In this document: positions 1 through 12,802 of the stretch, piece after piece
Position numbering within the stretch: the stretch's first letter is position 1
Layout of the letters: each line of letters starts with the position of its first letter
Assembly: GCF_009914755.1 (NCBI RefSeq)
Contig: NC_060928.1
Length of the DNA stretch: 64,000 bases
DNA from: the human T2T-CHM13v2.0 reference genome, Homo sapiens
Reading direction: 5' to 3' (one strand)
Notes under the pieces: model-generated
Told to the model about the DNA's origin: nothing
Databases searched by the model: none
The model's input: the letters and a program-made list of their open reading frames with translations, nothing else
Made by a program: the position numbers and the translations under genes

Positions 1-424
1 CATCTGCAAAGCTTGATTTCTCACTGATTCCCACTGAAATTTATCTCCCTCTAATTCAACTTAAATATCTTAAGATATAATTTAATGATACTATTTTTAA
101 AATCTGTACTTTAAAACCCAATAGCATAACTAACAGTATTACTATGCTATATAATTTTTGGTCATGAATCTACCCATCCATATTCATTCACCTAATAAAA
201 TAGAAAGAGACCAGTAATGGGAAATGATCAGTCATAAATAATATGTGCAGATATAAATTAGACAGGCAAAATAGTTTCACCCATGTTGGGGAAAAATTGA
301 AGTTGTACTCAAGCAGTTATTAAGTTAGGTGTTTTGGTAAGCATATTTTGTTTTGGAAAAATAGTATTTCATTCTTCAAATGCAATAATGTCGTTGGAAA
401 AACATTTGAATTTAATTCCTGAGC

Positions 425-835
425 TGATTGGATTCTCTGGGCGCTAGAAACTTAGAAGTAGTAAGCAGTGCAAAAGATTCACAGGAATTACTAGCTGTGA
501 AGAGAAAGAAAATGAAATATAATTAGGCAAGGAGAGCCATCAGATCAAGATGCAGACCTGACCAAAAATGTTAAAGCATGATAAAGCTCTAGAGCAAAGC
601 CTGCCTGCTAGAAAAGTCCCACATTGGATGGAAACCACTAGGATCTTAAACTAATAATACCTGTATAGTAATTGCATAGGGATTGTCCCAAGAATATCAT
701 GACCTTGAAGGCTGAGGTGGATCCTGTAGAATCGACATTTGGAGGCATCCTATTGACCTACCTTCGTTGCAACTGGACAGCAATTGTTTGTTTTTTGGAG
801 AAGATCTGAGTGGCTTATATCTATAACTGCCATAG
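425..835. mobile_element. Old ERVL-type LTR fragment (LTR16/LTR33-like)
   Basis: Motif 'ggagagccatcagatcaagatgcagacctgac' resembles ERVL LTR consensus; higher GC than flanks; boundaries approximate. Confidence 0.35.
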
Positions 836-1265
836 TTCCTACTTTAGATTATTTTTTTCTGATTTGTGTTTCCTTTGCCATTTTATTCTAGCAGTGACAG
901 AATGCAGTGAACATATAAGAAAGTTTCATAAATATTGATCTTGAAACTTTAAAACAAAGACATCAAGAAATTTTCTAATAGTCAACATAAAATATTAGCT
1001 AGAAATTTTTGCCATTTGACAAACATAAAACAATACATTATTTAATAACCTAGATTCCTAAAGGTAATTTTTAAGAATCTAACATATTTAGTTTATTGAG
1101 ATAATTAATTTTTATGACATTCTCCAAGTATACATTCTATTTATTTAATTTTTATACCCCATATAACATTCTGGCAACACTGAATCAATCACATTTTTAT
1201 GCTTCAAGTGCAACAGCAATAAATCTTTGAATAATTTATAAAATGTATCTCAATTTTCTGGTTAG

Positions 1266-1367
1266 ATGACATGAAATGAGTGTAGAAAAAAGCACAAATG
1301 AAAAAATAACTATGGCAGAAAAATATTTTGAGACAAACATTCGAAACTAAATATTTGGATTACATAT
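1266..1367 (+). pseudogene. Candidate decayed exon (phase 2->2)
   Basis: ttttctggttag| ... CATAT|gtattt; reads *HEMSVEKSTNEKITMAEKYFETNIRN*IFGLH (2 stops); in phase with 2329-2416. Confidence 0.3.
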
Positions 1368-1804
1368 GTATTTAATAGCATTAAGCCAGTAAACATTTTA
1401 AAAATGACTTTTTAATTCCATTTGCTAGATAGTTTTGTGGTTTGGGATATTTCTAAACAGTACTAAAAGAAATAGACATGTAGGTAATGGAAAAACAAAC
1501 TTTAACACTTTCTTGGTGAAAAATCCTCTAAGTCCCAGGGTTTGCCATTTCTTTATTCTGATTATCTGATCTTAGAATACTCCTGATTTTTAATTCTCTT
1601 TTTAATAAATATTATGTTTTGCTAATTTTATATTAGAATTGATAAAATAATATTTATAACAAAATATTGTTTCCTTCAAAATTTCTTCAGTTTTCAAATA
1701 GAGCCATATTTTAGCAAAAATATTCTAAAATGCTAGTAAATATTTTTATTCATTTTTGACTAGATGTCTTGAAAGCATATTATTAACATCAGTTTGTATT
1801 AATA

Positions 1805-2015
1805 TACACTGTGCCACACTTCGCAACTCAGCACTTAACACATGTTCTCTTATTTAATCATTCCACTAATGCTATGATATTAGTCTTATTTTCATTTTAT
1901 CAGTGAAGAAACTATGGCACATAAAGTTAGGCAACTTGCACCAATTCACTATGTAGTAAATAATAGAGTTGGTAGGTAAACCAAGATTTGTAGCCTAAGC
2001 TCTCTCAGCAACACT
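1805..2015 (-). mobile_element. MIR SINE
   Basis: Reverse MIR core 'cattttatcagtgaagaaactatggcacataaagttaggcaacttgc'. Confidence 0.75.
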
Positions 2016-2328
2016 ATCTAATTATTTTGCAAACATTTTTTTCATGTATTCAACTACATACATATGAAATCACATTTGCTAACTGAAAGTGAAAGGAGAA
2101 GCAAACAGCAGCCCTGATGCTTAAAAAGGAGTAATGAAGTGACCAAGGAGCATAAAGGTGGTAGTCTGACATCTAGAAGCAGGAAAAATAATATCAACAT
2201 CATACTTTTTTGGTGAAGATTAAATGAGAGTAACAGGTAAAATAAGCAGAAGTGCTTCTCAACATTCCTGATGTGGAGTAGTCATTCAAAATGGTAGTTT
2301 TATTCCTATCAATGTCCTTTTTGTGTAG

Positions 2329-2416
2329 GCAAAGGCACAAAAGACAGATCTTTAGTTGTAGCTTAAAAGATACCAAGTTAGATTTTAGACAAAAAACATG
2401 GGAGTTTAGAGGAAAG
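2329..2416 (+). pseudogene. Candidate exon (phase 2->0, open)
   Basis: gtcctttttgtgtag| ... GGAAAG|gtaaat; reads QRHKRQIFSCSLKDTKLDFRQKTWEFRGK without a stop. Confidence 0.4.
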
Positions 2417-2911
2417 GTAAATCTTTATCTACTATGCTATAGATTAAAATTAGGAAATAAGCACTAGACTACAAAATTATACTGAAGAGGTGCTATCGTT
2501 GTGAAGTAGGTAAAATTGTGGAGTCAGCCAAAAAAATTTAATTCTAAAGAAGTTGCTCACTTGGTATTTGAGATAAAAGATTAACCCAAATGCTTATAAA
2601 TTTCAGAATCTTTAACTTCACCATTTTCTTATAGCACTTAAAATTTTGAGAGGTTTCCTAAGTGCTTCCCTATTGGAATAATGAATTCAGAGAGTGTTCA
2701 TGTACAAATATGCTTTTTCTGAAATATCAGAATACTGGAAAAACTTGATTAAGACTCTCAGTGACAAAATAAGACTCATATTTCAGCCTAAGAAATAAGA
2801 GAGAAAAAATATGTATCAATATGAGAAATAAAAATCAAAATTATAAGTATTTGCAAAAAAAAGTTTACTTACAAAATATGATCCTGAAATGAGAAATCAT
2901 TAGAACCTGAA

Positions 2912-3135
2912 TACAGTATAGCACAAAGAGTTTAGACTATAGAGACAGATATACTTGGATCTGAATTGTATACCCCTCTGCTGCTGGTTGTCAGAAAACA
3001 ATCACTTCAGCCTCAGTTTGCCATTTGTTAAAATGGAGATAATAATATTACAGTCTTTTGGTAAGATTTAGATGAAAGAATACAAGAAAAGAATATGATT
3101 CATTATAGAACAGAATAATAGGTTCTTGGTAAATG
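2912..3135 (+). mobile_element. MIR SINE
   Basis: 'cagcctcagtttgccatttgttaaaatggagataataat' MIR core. Confidence 0.7.
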
Positions 3136-3349
3136 TAAATACATGTACTCACAAAGTAGGTGTATGATCATCAGTCCAAATTAAATCTTTTCTTATATGC
3201 TATTATTATTCTATGAGAAAATGTAATTTGAAAGTTTAAAATGTTCACATCACATAAAAAATTTGAAACATATGTGAATACAATTTTACAACTTTTTCAC
3301 AGCCTGAACAATTTATCAAACCTAAGTGCATGCATATTACAACAAATGT

Positions 3350-3860
3350 ATTTATTAGTATACTTATTGCAGTATTGTTATGGAAAAATAGAAACAATCT
3401 CATATCTATCAATAGGTGAAGTATTTTTGATATATACTTAATACAGAATTATATGCATGGCATGAGATTGTTTAAAAATATATTGTTGAATACAAATTCA
3501 TAATTTATCATAGTAGAAAAATAGAGATTACACAAATGTCTAAAATAAGAAAATCATTATTAACCTTTATATATTGATGTTACAGAAATATATATGCCAT
3601 GACATGAAAAAGTTTAAGATATACTGTTTTTATAAAAAGATTGTGAAATAATATGCATGAAATAACACTATTTTTTGTTTTTTTTGTTGTTAAATGTATA
3701 CACACACACACACACACACGCACGCACACACGCCTCCTTAATAGTGATTCCACCATGGGATAGAATATTGGGAGAGGTTGGAAACAGAGAGGGACCTTTA
3801 GGCTTTTACTTTATATTATTTGGTATTACTTGATTATTTTTCAAAAATGACTTTCTGCTG
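3350..3860 (+). mobile_element. Old L1 (L1ME-like) 3' fragment
   Basis: 'aaaaatagaaacaatctcatatctatcaatagg' and an L1M-type 3' UTR tail. Confidence 0.5.
3700..3732. repeat. (CA)n microsatellite
   Basis: Seen directly. Confidence 0.95.
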
Positions 3861-3954
3861 TTATTTAGGGATAAGAAAAATAATAGCTGCTATAAACATT
3901 TCTCTCACAAGTCAGTGCTTTAAATCTTCTGTCCCTCTTGCTCAAATTTTTCTA

Positions 3955-4970
3955 AAGACTGGTTTTTTAGAACAGTTTTAGAATCACAACAAAATCTAGA
4001 GGAAGGTAGAGATTGCCCACATACTACCCTATAGGAACATCTCCCACATTATCAACATCCCCCACCAGAATAATATATTTATTACAATCCATGAACCTAC
4101 ATTGACATATCCTTATCATACAAAATCCATAGTTTACCTTAGAGTTCGCTCTTGGTATTGTACATTCTGCGGGTTTGGTCATATGTATAATGACATGTAT
4201 CCACCATTGCAGTATTATACAGGGTATTTTCACTGCCCTAAAAATCCTCTTTCCTACCCTCAACCCCTGGCCACCACTGATCTTTTTACTTTATCCATAG
4301 TTTTGCCTTTTCCACAATGTCATATAGTTGGAATCATATAGTACATAGCCTTTCAGATTGGCTTATTTCACTGTATTTATATTAGTCTGTTTTCATGCTG
4401 CTGATAAAGCAAACCCGAGACTGGGAAGAAAAAGAGGTTTAATTGTACTTACAGTTATTATACATGGCTGGGGAGGCCTCAGAATTATGGCGGGAGGCAA
4501 AAGGCACTTCTTACGTGACAGCTGCAAGAGAAATATGAGGAAGAAGCAAAAGTGGAAATCTCTGATAAACCGATCAGATCTTGTGAGACTTAATTGACTA
4601 TCATGAGACTAGCACAGGAAAGACCAGCGCCTATGATTCAATTACCTCCCCGTGGGTCCCTCCCACAACATGTGGGAATTCTGGGAGATATAATTCAAGT
4701 TGAGATTTGGGTGAGGACACAGCCAAACCATATCCATATTTTATGTGTTTAACTTTCTTTGATGTTTTTTCATGGCTTCATAGCTCATTTCTTTTTAATA
4801 TTGAATAATATTCCATTATCTATATGTGCCAGATTACTTATTTGCTCACCTGCTGAAGGTTGCTTCCAAGTTTTGGCCATTATGAATAAAGCTGCTATAA
4901 AATCAACGTGCAGGTGTTTGTGGAGATGTAAGTTTTTCAGCTCCTTTGGATAAATACCAAAGAGATGATC
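3955..4970 (-). mobile_element. L1MC-like 3' end, interrupted by a THE1C LTR
   Basis: 'ttttagaacagttttag...atcaacatcccccaccaga...gaacctacattgaca' L1MC 3' UTR; resumes after 4740. Confidence 0.75.
4378..4735 (-). mobile_element. THE1C solo LTR (MaLR)
   Basis: tatattagtc...cagccaaaccatatc termini; 'gggaattctgggagata...caagttgaga' THE1C-type; TSD gtatt/atatt (4/5). Confidence 0.9.
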
Positions 4971-5355
4971 AACATTTAGAATGTTCTTTATTAAATTACA
5001 TTCTCAGAGATGTTTAATGAATTGAATCAGATTTTCCTTTCGAGAAAACAGAATATTGGTATTTTTCTCTAAGTTCATAGGAAAATAAAAGTTACTAAAT
5101 ATGTGTTTCTCAATTTTGTGTTAGCTCTGATTATACTAGCAAATCAGTGTTAGAAGTAGAGTTCCCAGATGGAACCTTGGATTAGGGTTCAAATTTAACT
5201 GTGTTGTAAAATTTGTTAAGAAGTTACATCATGTAATTACTGCATGGCTTTATTCATAGAAATGCTTAATAAAGAATAGGTATAAGTATTATTTTTAATC
5301 GTATGAGAATTACCTTTGATCTTACACAAAACAGTGACGTAAAGGCAATGAGATT

Positions 5356-5973
5356 TGTAGCAAAATTTCTGTTTCCTTTTCCAGAGTGTAGAGCTACCAC
5401 TGGAAGGAGGCTGTTCAGCCAGAGGCTCTGCTTTCTCTAGCACCTGGGCATCTGTGCCTAGGTGACATGTTCTTGCCAATAAAATATGTAATAGTTTTGT
5501 GTTTCACTTATTGCCTGAATCTTTGAAGAAATGCTTTCACCGGTCTCTCTTCCTCTTCCTGCTAACTCAATTAAGGAGATTCCAAGAGAGGCTTTCTCAG
5601 CTGGGGCTCTTGGCTAAACCATAGAACAGAGTAAGTAATTTGATTGACTATTTTCTCAGTTCTCCTTGGGATCCACATAACTATTGCTGTTAGAGGTCTA
5701 GGAGAGAAGTTAATTCATTACATACAATGGATGCCTTAGAACATTCTGGCTTAATTGCCTGGAGAATTTCTTCCCTAGTGAGACAGGCTGAGGGGTGTGG
5801 AAACACAAGATGGAAGTAATGTGGGCACCTGAATCACAATATAGATGAAAAAAGCTCACCGCCAACCAGGATCTGTTTTAGATGCTTACATAAAAGAAAA
5901 ATAAATTTCTAGTTTATTAAACTATTGGAAAACTGGTGTTTTTTATAGCAACAAGTATTATCTAAATTAATAC
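5356..5973 (+). mobile_element. MLT1-family LTR (degenerate)
   Basis: MLT1 3' end 'aataaatttct...ttatagcaac...aattaataca'. Confidence 0.55.
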
Positions 5974-6165
5974 AAACAATATATTCTTTGACCACAGTTC
6001 TGTATAATTGCTTACAAAATCAATCAGCAGAGATTGAAAATGTGTATAATCCCAGCTTTGAAATTAGAACTGGGATTAAAATATAAGTAAGACACAGTTA
6101 TATTTGAAGTGAAATTTGAGATATTTATGAGAGAGATAGCAGAAATATATACATTAAAATGATTC

Positions 6166-6320
6166 TTTTTTTTGTTTTTTTTAAATTATTATTATACTTT
6201 AAGTTTTAGGGTACATGTGCACAATGTGCAGGTTTGTTACATATGTATACATGTGCCATGTTGGTGTGCTGCACCCATTAACTCGTCATTTAGCGTTAGG
6301 TATATCTCCTAATGCTATCT
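6166..6320 (-). mobile_element. L1PA (PA2-5-like) 3' terminal 150 bp with poly(A)
   Basis: 'ttattatactttaagttttagggtacatgtgcacaatgtgcagg...' close to the L1PA 3' end. Confidence 0.92.
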
Positions 6321-6871
6321 ACTTTACTATTTCTCAAGAAAAGATAATATAGTTTAGAGGCTTAATAAATATTAGTAAGTGAATATATACTAATAATCAT
6401 GTGTAGCAATTACACATTGCAATAAAACTGTAATAAAGATAAATATGTACATGTATTATACAATTAAAGAGATTACTGAAATTCTCAATAAAGGAAGATG
6501 CATATGTCCCATTAAACTTCAAGGTGAACTGCTATTAGAACGCAGACCATTTCTCATAAACATTCATGGCCATTACAGAAAACATAATCACTATCTGTGC
6601 TCAGAGATAATTTTATCCTTGTATTAGGAGGATAATACATTTACTCATTCATTTAAAACATTTAAAAATGTTTTTAACATTTTAGTATTCTCATTGCTTT
6701 AACCACAAAGTAATTCTTTAACTTAGGTATTCCATTTGATTTTATTGAAGAATGTTACAATATTGTCTTATTAAACCAATACAATGATAATTAAGAATAA
6801 TTCTGTTATGTGTCATGAGAACCTCTTTTATAAGAATGTGCAGAGAATATTATTTTTTTGTCTTAGCAGAA

Positions 6872-7102
6872 GAAAGCCCTACCTTTGAGAAACTGATTTG
6901 TTTTACATTACAAAACCTATGAAGCTTGCGGGTGATCCCATTTTCCATGAAAGCCCTACCTTTGAGCAACTGATTTGTTCTACGTTACAAAACCTATGAA
7001 GCTTGCAGGTGATCCCATTTTCCATGAAAGTCCTACCTTTGAGCAACTGTTTTGTTTTGTGTTATGAAACCTATAAGGCTTGCAGGAGATTCCATTTCCC
7101 AT
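6872..7102. repeat. 77-bp tandem repeat, 3 copies
   Basis: Units start at 6872, 6949 and 7026 (gaaagccctacctttgag...ccattttccat). Confidence 0.95.
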
Positions 7103-7120
7103 TTTTTCTTATTTCTCTAG

Positions 7121-8002
7121 GAAGCCCAGAGCCAAACTGTGGTCAATCTCTAGCAGCAGGTACAGCAACTTGATATATTTCTAAACAGTTTTGCCAAATA
7201 TTTTCTTTTCAATATGCTTGTTCAATTTTATTATGTATTTGCTTGTAAAGTGCTTTAAATGTTTTTGGGGGTATACATGGAATCAGCACAAATGTAAATT
7301 ATCTAAAAATTAATAACATATCCTGCTTTGCCTTGTATTTATCTTTTCTTTTTAAAGTGCATTTATTTAATTATGTTTTTAATAAATTCTTCAATAAATG
7401 TCTCTGAGTCCCTGTTTTGGGGATACAATGGAAAACAAACAATATTCTTCGACATGACGGAATCTAGGATCTAGTGGCGGAGATATTAAACAAATAATTA
7501 CATAAATAAATACATAATTATAAGTTTTGGTAAAATATTAAGTAAAATTTATGACTTTATGAACACCTCCTATAGGGGATCTCGTTCAGAAAGACTCCCT
7601 TTGAAGAAGCTGGGAACTCTGATGTTTAAAGAGAACTTTTAAATCACATTTCCTATTTGAAGCTGTACACAGGAATGTTCAAATTATTTATAATCGTGAC
7701 AGGAGTTGGAGTGAAGATGACTCTGTCCGGGAGTTAAAATATTCAGTGAGGAAGGTAGAGTGACTAGAGGTGTGGAAATGATTATGAAGAAGAAGTTAAA
7801 CTGTACCTAAGGAAACAAGAATATTTAGAAAGAGAGAAATAGTAATGGTCTAGAGGCAGAAGTAAAAATGTTACAGGCTCTAATTTCTAATTCTGAAATT
7901 TTAGGAACATTTCAGAGAAAAGAACACAGATGAAGTTTTACAGAAAAGCAAGATGTTAATTAACTGCCTTTCATTAAAGATATGGAGCATATTTTCAGAA
8001 TG
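7121..8002 (+). pseudogene. Three candidate exons 7121-7159, 7663-7754, 7905-8002
   Basis: Canonical AG/GT ends; phases 1->1, 1->0, 0->2; stop-free join GSPEPNCGQSLAA|AVHRNVQIIYNRDRSWSEDDSVRELKYSVRK|EHFREKNTDEVLQKSKMLINCLSLKIWSIFSE. Confidence 0.4.
7360..7620 (-). mobile_element. L2 3' fragment
   Basis: 'ggggatacaatggaaaacaaac...ctagtggcggagatattaaacaaataatta'. Confidence 0.55.
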
Positions 8003-8619
8003 GTATGACTGTTTACCTTTTTAGAATTCTTAACCTCTATAAATCTAATAGTTTATAACATATTCCTTCCCTAACATGAATTGGAAATGGTTCATTGTAT
8101 TGACAATAACAAATTTAAAAAGCTATCATATATAAGGTGACTACAACATTTATCATCCAAATTGAAATAAAATTAAGTGGGACTCTTCCATCAATCTGTA
8201 TTATCAGCCTCTATGACAGACTGATTATATACTTCCCTTAGCTGAAAACAAACAAAAAACGTTAAGTTCAAGGAGGTAACTTTATTTTGATTTCTAGATT
8301 TTGCCAATAAATGTTTCCTAAGGCAGGAGCTGCTAACTACTCCTACAAATTCTTTCTTTCTCCTTTAGTAATAAAAGAAACCCAACTTTTATAACATATA
8401 TTTTAAATAACACACTGATTATAACATAAGAAGTCCACTAACTTTTTCATCAAATGGGTTCTGCTTATGGGTAAAATTGAGCCATGAAATATGGTAGAAA
8501 ATGCCTATACTAATGCAATATACAGAACAACAGTTGGACACCTCCAAATTACTCTGCAAACTTCACTCATCTTCCCCATTAACTTTTCTACTGCACCTTC
8601 TGAAATTTTTAAGCTGGGA

Positions 8620-10625
8620 TCAAAACTATCCTGGTGTATCATTCCTCCTGGCTTAATGTCTTTCCTACCATCCTAAACTCTGGCAGCATCCTTGGTTACT
8701 TTGTTATCTGAATCAATGACGCATGTTACATTTTGACCTCAAGGTCACTGACTCACCCATCTCCAAGATGATTTTCTTTCACTCATCCTGATCTATAATG
8801 ATGCTGAACTTTGCCATTATCAACAACTTCACCTTATGAATATTAGCCAGCCATGAAATTCCACTTTTCAAACATTGACCACTCAGGGAGTCAATGGAGC
8901 TCCTCATTTCCAGCCATTTCCTGAATTACTGCCATTACCACATTTAGATGTCACCCAAACCCTCATATGCATCTATTTCACTACTTTCTCACCCAGTTTC
9001 CCTTTATTTCTATTCACTTTACTAGATTTAATGGTTCATTACTATAAGAATTTCTTCATGAGTACCTTCATTCCCTTTAATCCTCTCTTTCTTTGTTGAA
9101 TTTGTTTTCAAAACTCCAACATGAATAGCGTGTAACAGCTGCACTTTCAATGTGTAAGTAAAACCAGCCTGAATAGCTGAAGGAAATCATATAATTGAGT
9201 TGAGTAGTTTCAGTTAAATTAATCATTATCATCAATAGAGGCCACAAACTGGTACTTAATAGTATCAAGCATGCCTATTGTATTTCTCTTTCTACTTGCT
9301 TGAGAAATCTACACGTGCTGCCTCCACTTTCCCACTCCCTATTCCCCAGTCAGTCTCTCTCTGGCTTCTTCATTCACCCACTGACAGTTTTTTACCATAG
9401 TCAGTAAGTCTGTTCATGGTTCCAAGTCCATAGAATTACTTTGCGTACTCACCTCACTAAAATTCTCAATAAAAGTTGATAATGTTGAAGACTCCCTCTT
9501 TTTAATTTTTTTCATTCCTTTTTCTCATGATGTCATTTTTTCCTGAATTTTATCCTACCTTCTTGGCCACTCCCTTATAAACTCCTTTACCCCATATTAT
9601 CCCATACTTAACACGATTCCATTCTGAGTCCACTTCATTTCTCTGTCTTATTAGGCAGGTATATCCATTACACATTTTAACATAATATTTACATAGCTAT
9701 GACCTCCTAATGTGGACTTCCTGCCAAAACTCTCATTCTAGCCCCATGTTCATATTTTCAGTTGCCCAAACAGATAGCTTCAACTAGATGTATCACAGAT
9801 GTCACAACTTTATTTAAAAATGCCTCTTTTCATTATTATTCAACCTTGTATTAGAGCTATCTTCTTTTCCCATCAAAGAGCATTGTCACTCATCTTTGAA
9901 CCATCTTTGATTCCTCACTTTCATTCATCCTCCACATATAATTCATAGCAAACCTTGTCAGTTCTTTTTCGGATTTCTTCAATTACTTCCATGTGCCTTG
10001 GCACTCCCCATGTTTGGGCTCTAAAATGTTCTTGTCTGAACTATTGCCCCAGACTTGCAACTGGTATCTATAATCCAAATTTATCCCATTTCTTTTTTCA
10101 CCTAAATTATTCCAAAATATCTGTTGAAAATGTAAATAGAGTTGTGTAACTTCCTGTCTAAAATTTTTATTGGGTTGTCACTGCACTTAAAATGAAATTA
10201 AAACTCTGTATCAGGACCTAAAAGGTCACGCATGATCCTGTTCCTCTCTATCTAAGGCTACTTTTTTACCATGTGGCTTTATAAAAAGAATTCATTTGCA
10301 GGGGAGATCATTATTTCTTCCATCTTCATGTAACTGAATCCTTTAGAGGTCAATTTAGCTTTTGTTTATAAAAATTCTATTATTAGCCTTTCTAATCTAG
10401 AAACTTCTTCCTCTAATATTATACTTATCTTGAACTCTCATGTTTTTCCTTAATAGCTTTAATTATTTTATATATTTTATTGCTTACAGTGTTTTTGATT
10501 GTTCCCTCACAAGAATGTAAAACAAATAAGGACAAAGACTATATTTGAGTTGTTCATAGAACTACCTGCTCAGCTAGCTCAATAACATGGCAGGAAGAAG
10601 CTAATTAATTTATACTTTCTGAATT
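8620..10625 (+). mobile_element. L2 LINE remnant (~2 kb)
   Basis: Pyrimidine-rich L2 3' body and terminal 'agaatgtaaa...aggacaaagact...ttgttca' motif. Confidence 0.7.
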
Positions 10626-10846
10626 AAAATTCAATTTTTGCTGAAGCAGAATTCCTAAGTTTCTTCTTGCCCTACTTAATTAACAGCCATATAGAGTCCA
10701 CCTTATTCACAGAGCTATTTATAATAATCTTGAAGAGGTTACATAACTTGGAAATTTACAGAGACCACAAAATAATGTACTAAGAGTGACTCACACTCTC
10801 TGATGATAACAAGTTATGTACACTTTATAGAACAAATTTAAAATGA

Positions 10847-11154
10847 GCCCAGGTGCGGTGGCTCATGCCTGTAATCCCAGCACCTTGGGAGGCCGAGGTG
10901 GGCGGATCACTTGAGGTCAGGAGTTCGAGACCAGCCTGGCCAACATGGTGAAATCCTATCTCTACTAAAAATACAAAAATTAGCCGGTCATGGTGGCAGA
11001 TGCCTGTAATCCCAGCTACTCGGAGGCTGAGGCAGGAGAATTGCTTGATCCCTGGAAGCAGAGATTGCAGTGAGCCGAGATCGAGCCACTGCACTCCAGC
11101 CTGAGTGATAGAGTAAGACTCTGTCTCAGAAAAATAAAAATAATAAAAATAAAA
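10847..11154 (+). mobile_element. AluS (Sx/Sz-like)
   Basis: Full dimeric Alu with an A-rich tail. Confidence 0.97.
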
Positions 11155-11443
11155 GTGTACCAAGATTTCTATTATAAAATTGCAGGGATATGCTTTCAAA
11201 GAGACTGGTGAATACCCCTAAACAATAGGGTTGGATTTTTTTCAGGTAGAGCAAGGGTTCTGTTCTAAACTATTTGCCATTATTCCATTCTAAGATACCA
11301 ATGCTGGAATATTCACTTACTGCTTAAAGGAGCTCATTACTAACTTCAGCAAGGCATTTATCATGTCTGAGTTCTATTTTTATAGAAGAACTTGTTTCTT
11401 TTTAAATAAATGTTGCTTAAAACTAGCTACTCATTGTACTTTT

Positions 11444-11755
11444 CTTTTTCTATTTTTTTTTTTTTTTTTTTTTTTGAGACGAGTCTCGTTCTGTCGCCCA
11501 GGCTGGAGTGCAGCGGTGTGATCTCGGCTCACTGCAAGCTCCGCCTCCTGAGTTCAAGCAATTCTCTGCCTCAGCCTCCCGAGTGGCTGGGATTACAGGC
11601 ACCCGCCACCATGCGTAGCTAATTTTTTTGTGTTTTTAGTAGAGATGGGGTTTCACCATCTTGGCCAGTCATGTTTTGAACTCCTGACCTCGTGATCCAT
11701 CCGCCTCAGTCTCCTAAAGTGCTGGGATTACAGGCGTAAGCCACCGCGCCCGGCC
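11444..11755 (-). mobile_element. Alu (Sc/Y-like)
   Basis: Full Alu; 'gcaagctccgcc' and 'ctcgtgatcc' diagnostics; TSD tcattgtactttt/tcgttttactttt. Confidence 0.97.
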
Positions 11756-12098
11756 TCGTTTTACTTTTTAATGAAAGTGGCTGTGACAGGAAGCTCTTGT
11801 TTTCTCTAACATGAGCGTTGCATGTGTGTGTCTATGTGTGTGTGTTTCCTACTATAATATTTCAGCCTATGCTATTGGGTCATAGAAGTGTTTTCAGTAT
11901 CTTTGATGTAACGAATCATTTTCTGCTTGGTCTCAAGCTTACAACGGATTCCCCATTGTGCAGCAGCAAAACACCATCATGTATATTGCATAACACTGTT
12001 AAATTTCCCTCTAAAAGCAGCAGTTCAGAGAAACATGTTTATTCACTATATCACAAATATTATGTGGGTTATTCTAGTATTAACTTACTTTAAGAACC

Positions 12099-12205
12099 AG
12101 TTGATGGGTGCAGCAAACCAACATGGCACATGTATACCTAGGTAGCAAACCTGCGCGTTGTGCAGATGTACCCTAGAACTTAAAGTATAATAAAGAAAAA
12201 AAAAA
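12099..12205 (+). mobile_element. L1PA 3' terminal fragment
   Basis: 'gttgatgggtgcagcaaaccaacatggcac...cttaaagtataataa' plus poly(A). Confidence 0.9.
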
Positions 12206-12802
12206 GAAAGACATTTTAGGTAAAAACACTTATATACGAGAGTAATTAAGAACTTAACAGGGATAGACTCAACATTTTGACTTGTACTTCATCTCAAATA
12301 GCTGTGATTTTTAGACATAAACAATATTAAATAATTTGTAACCACATGACTGGTTATAATATGAATATTATGGTCACCAACATGTAACTGAAGAAGTGTA
12401 CAAATCAAGAGATTTCTAAAATGCTGCATAACCATCCAGTGAAAATTCCTAAAAGGAGAAGCAATTAGGTTTTTAGCTGAGTAATAACAAACACGGTACT
12501 AAAGCTTTCAGGGAAAAATGTGAAAAAACAAACTAGACAGCTTTTCTTCATAGCAACTATATAAATAAAAGGTGTAAATAAGAGCTAATCTCAAAATTTA
12601 TTCTAGGTATTAAATAAGCTGCAGCAAATTCCCTAACTTATTTCCTTATAGAACTAACATTAATTAAGCAAAGAGATTAATACTTACATAGTCACTCCTT
12701 TCTGGGAAAATAGCAGAAACACGGCTCACTAGTACACAGGTTAGAAACTAGATGGACAGCTGATTATGGATATAGAAACAGAGAAATCAGCATATTCTAG
12801 TT

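Noticed and set aside
6872-7102. 77-bp repeat as a CRISPR-like array
   Set aside because: Head-to-tail copies with no unique spacers, no cas genes, primate context
8369-8470. Strong acceptor as another exon
   Set aside because: The sequence resembles the start of an old MLT1 LTR, and the in-phase frame has two stops
10818-11160. 9-bp inverted repeat gtacacttt/aaagtgtac flanking an Alu
   Set aside because: Short, AT-rich and not directly abutting the 5' end; compatible with chance
10825-11622. Alu-overlapping ORFs (also at 45763-46125, 52273-52602, 53795-55048, 60284-60807)
   Set aside because: Typical Alu-derived peptides, with no evidence of function
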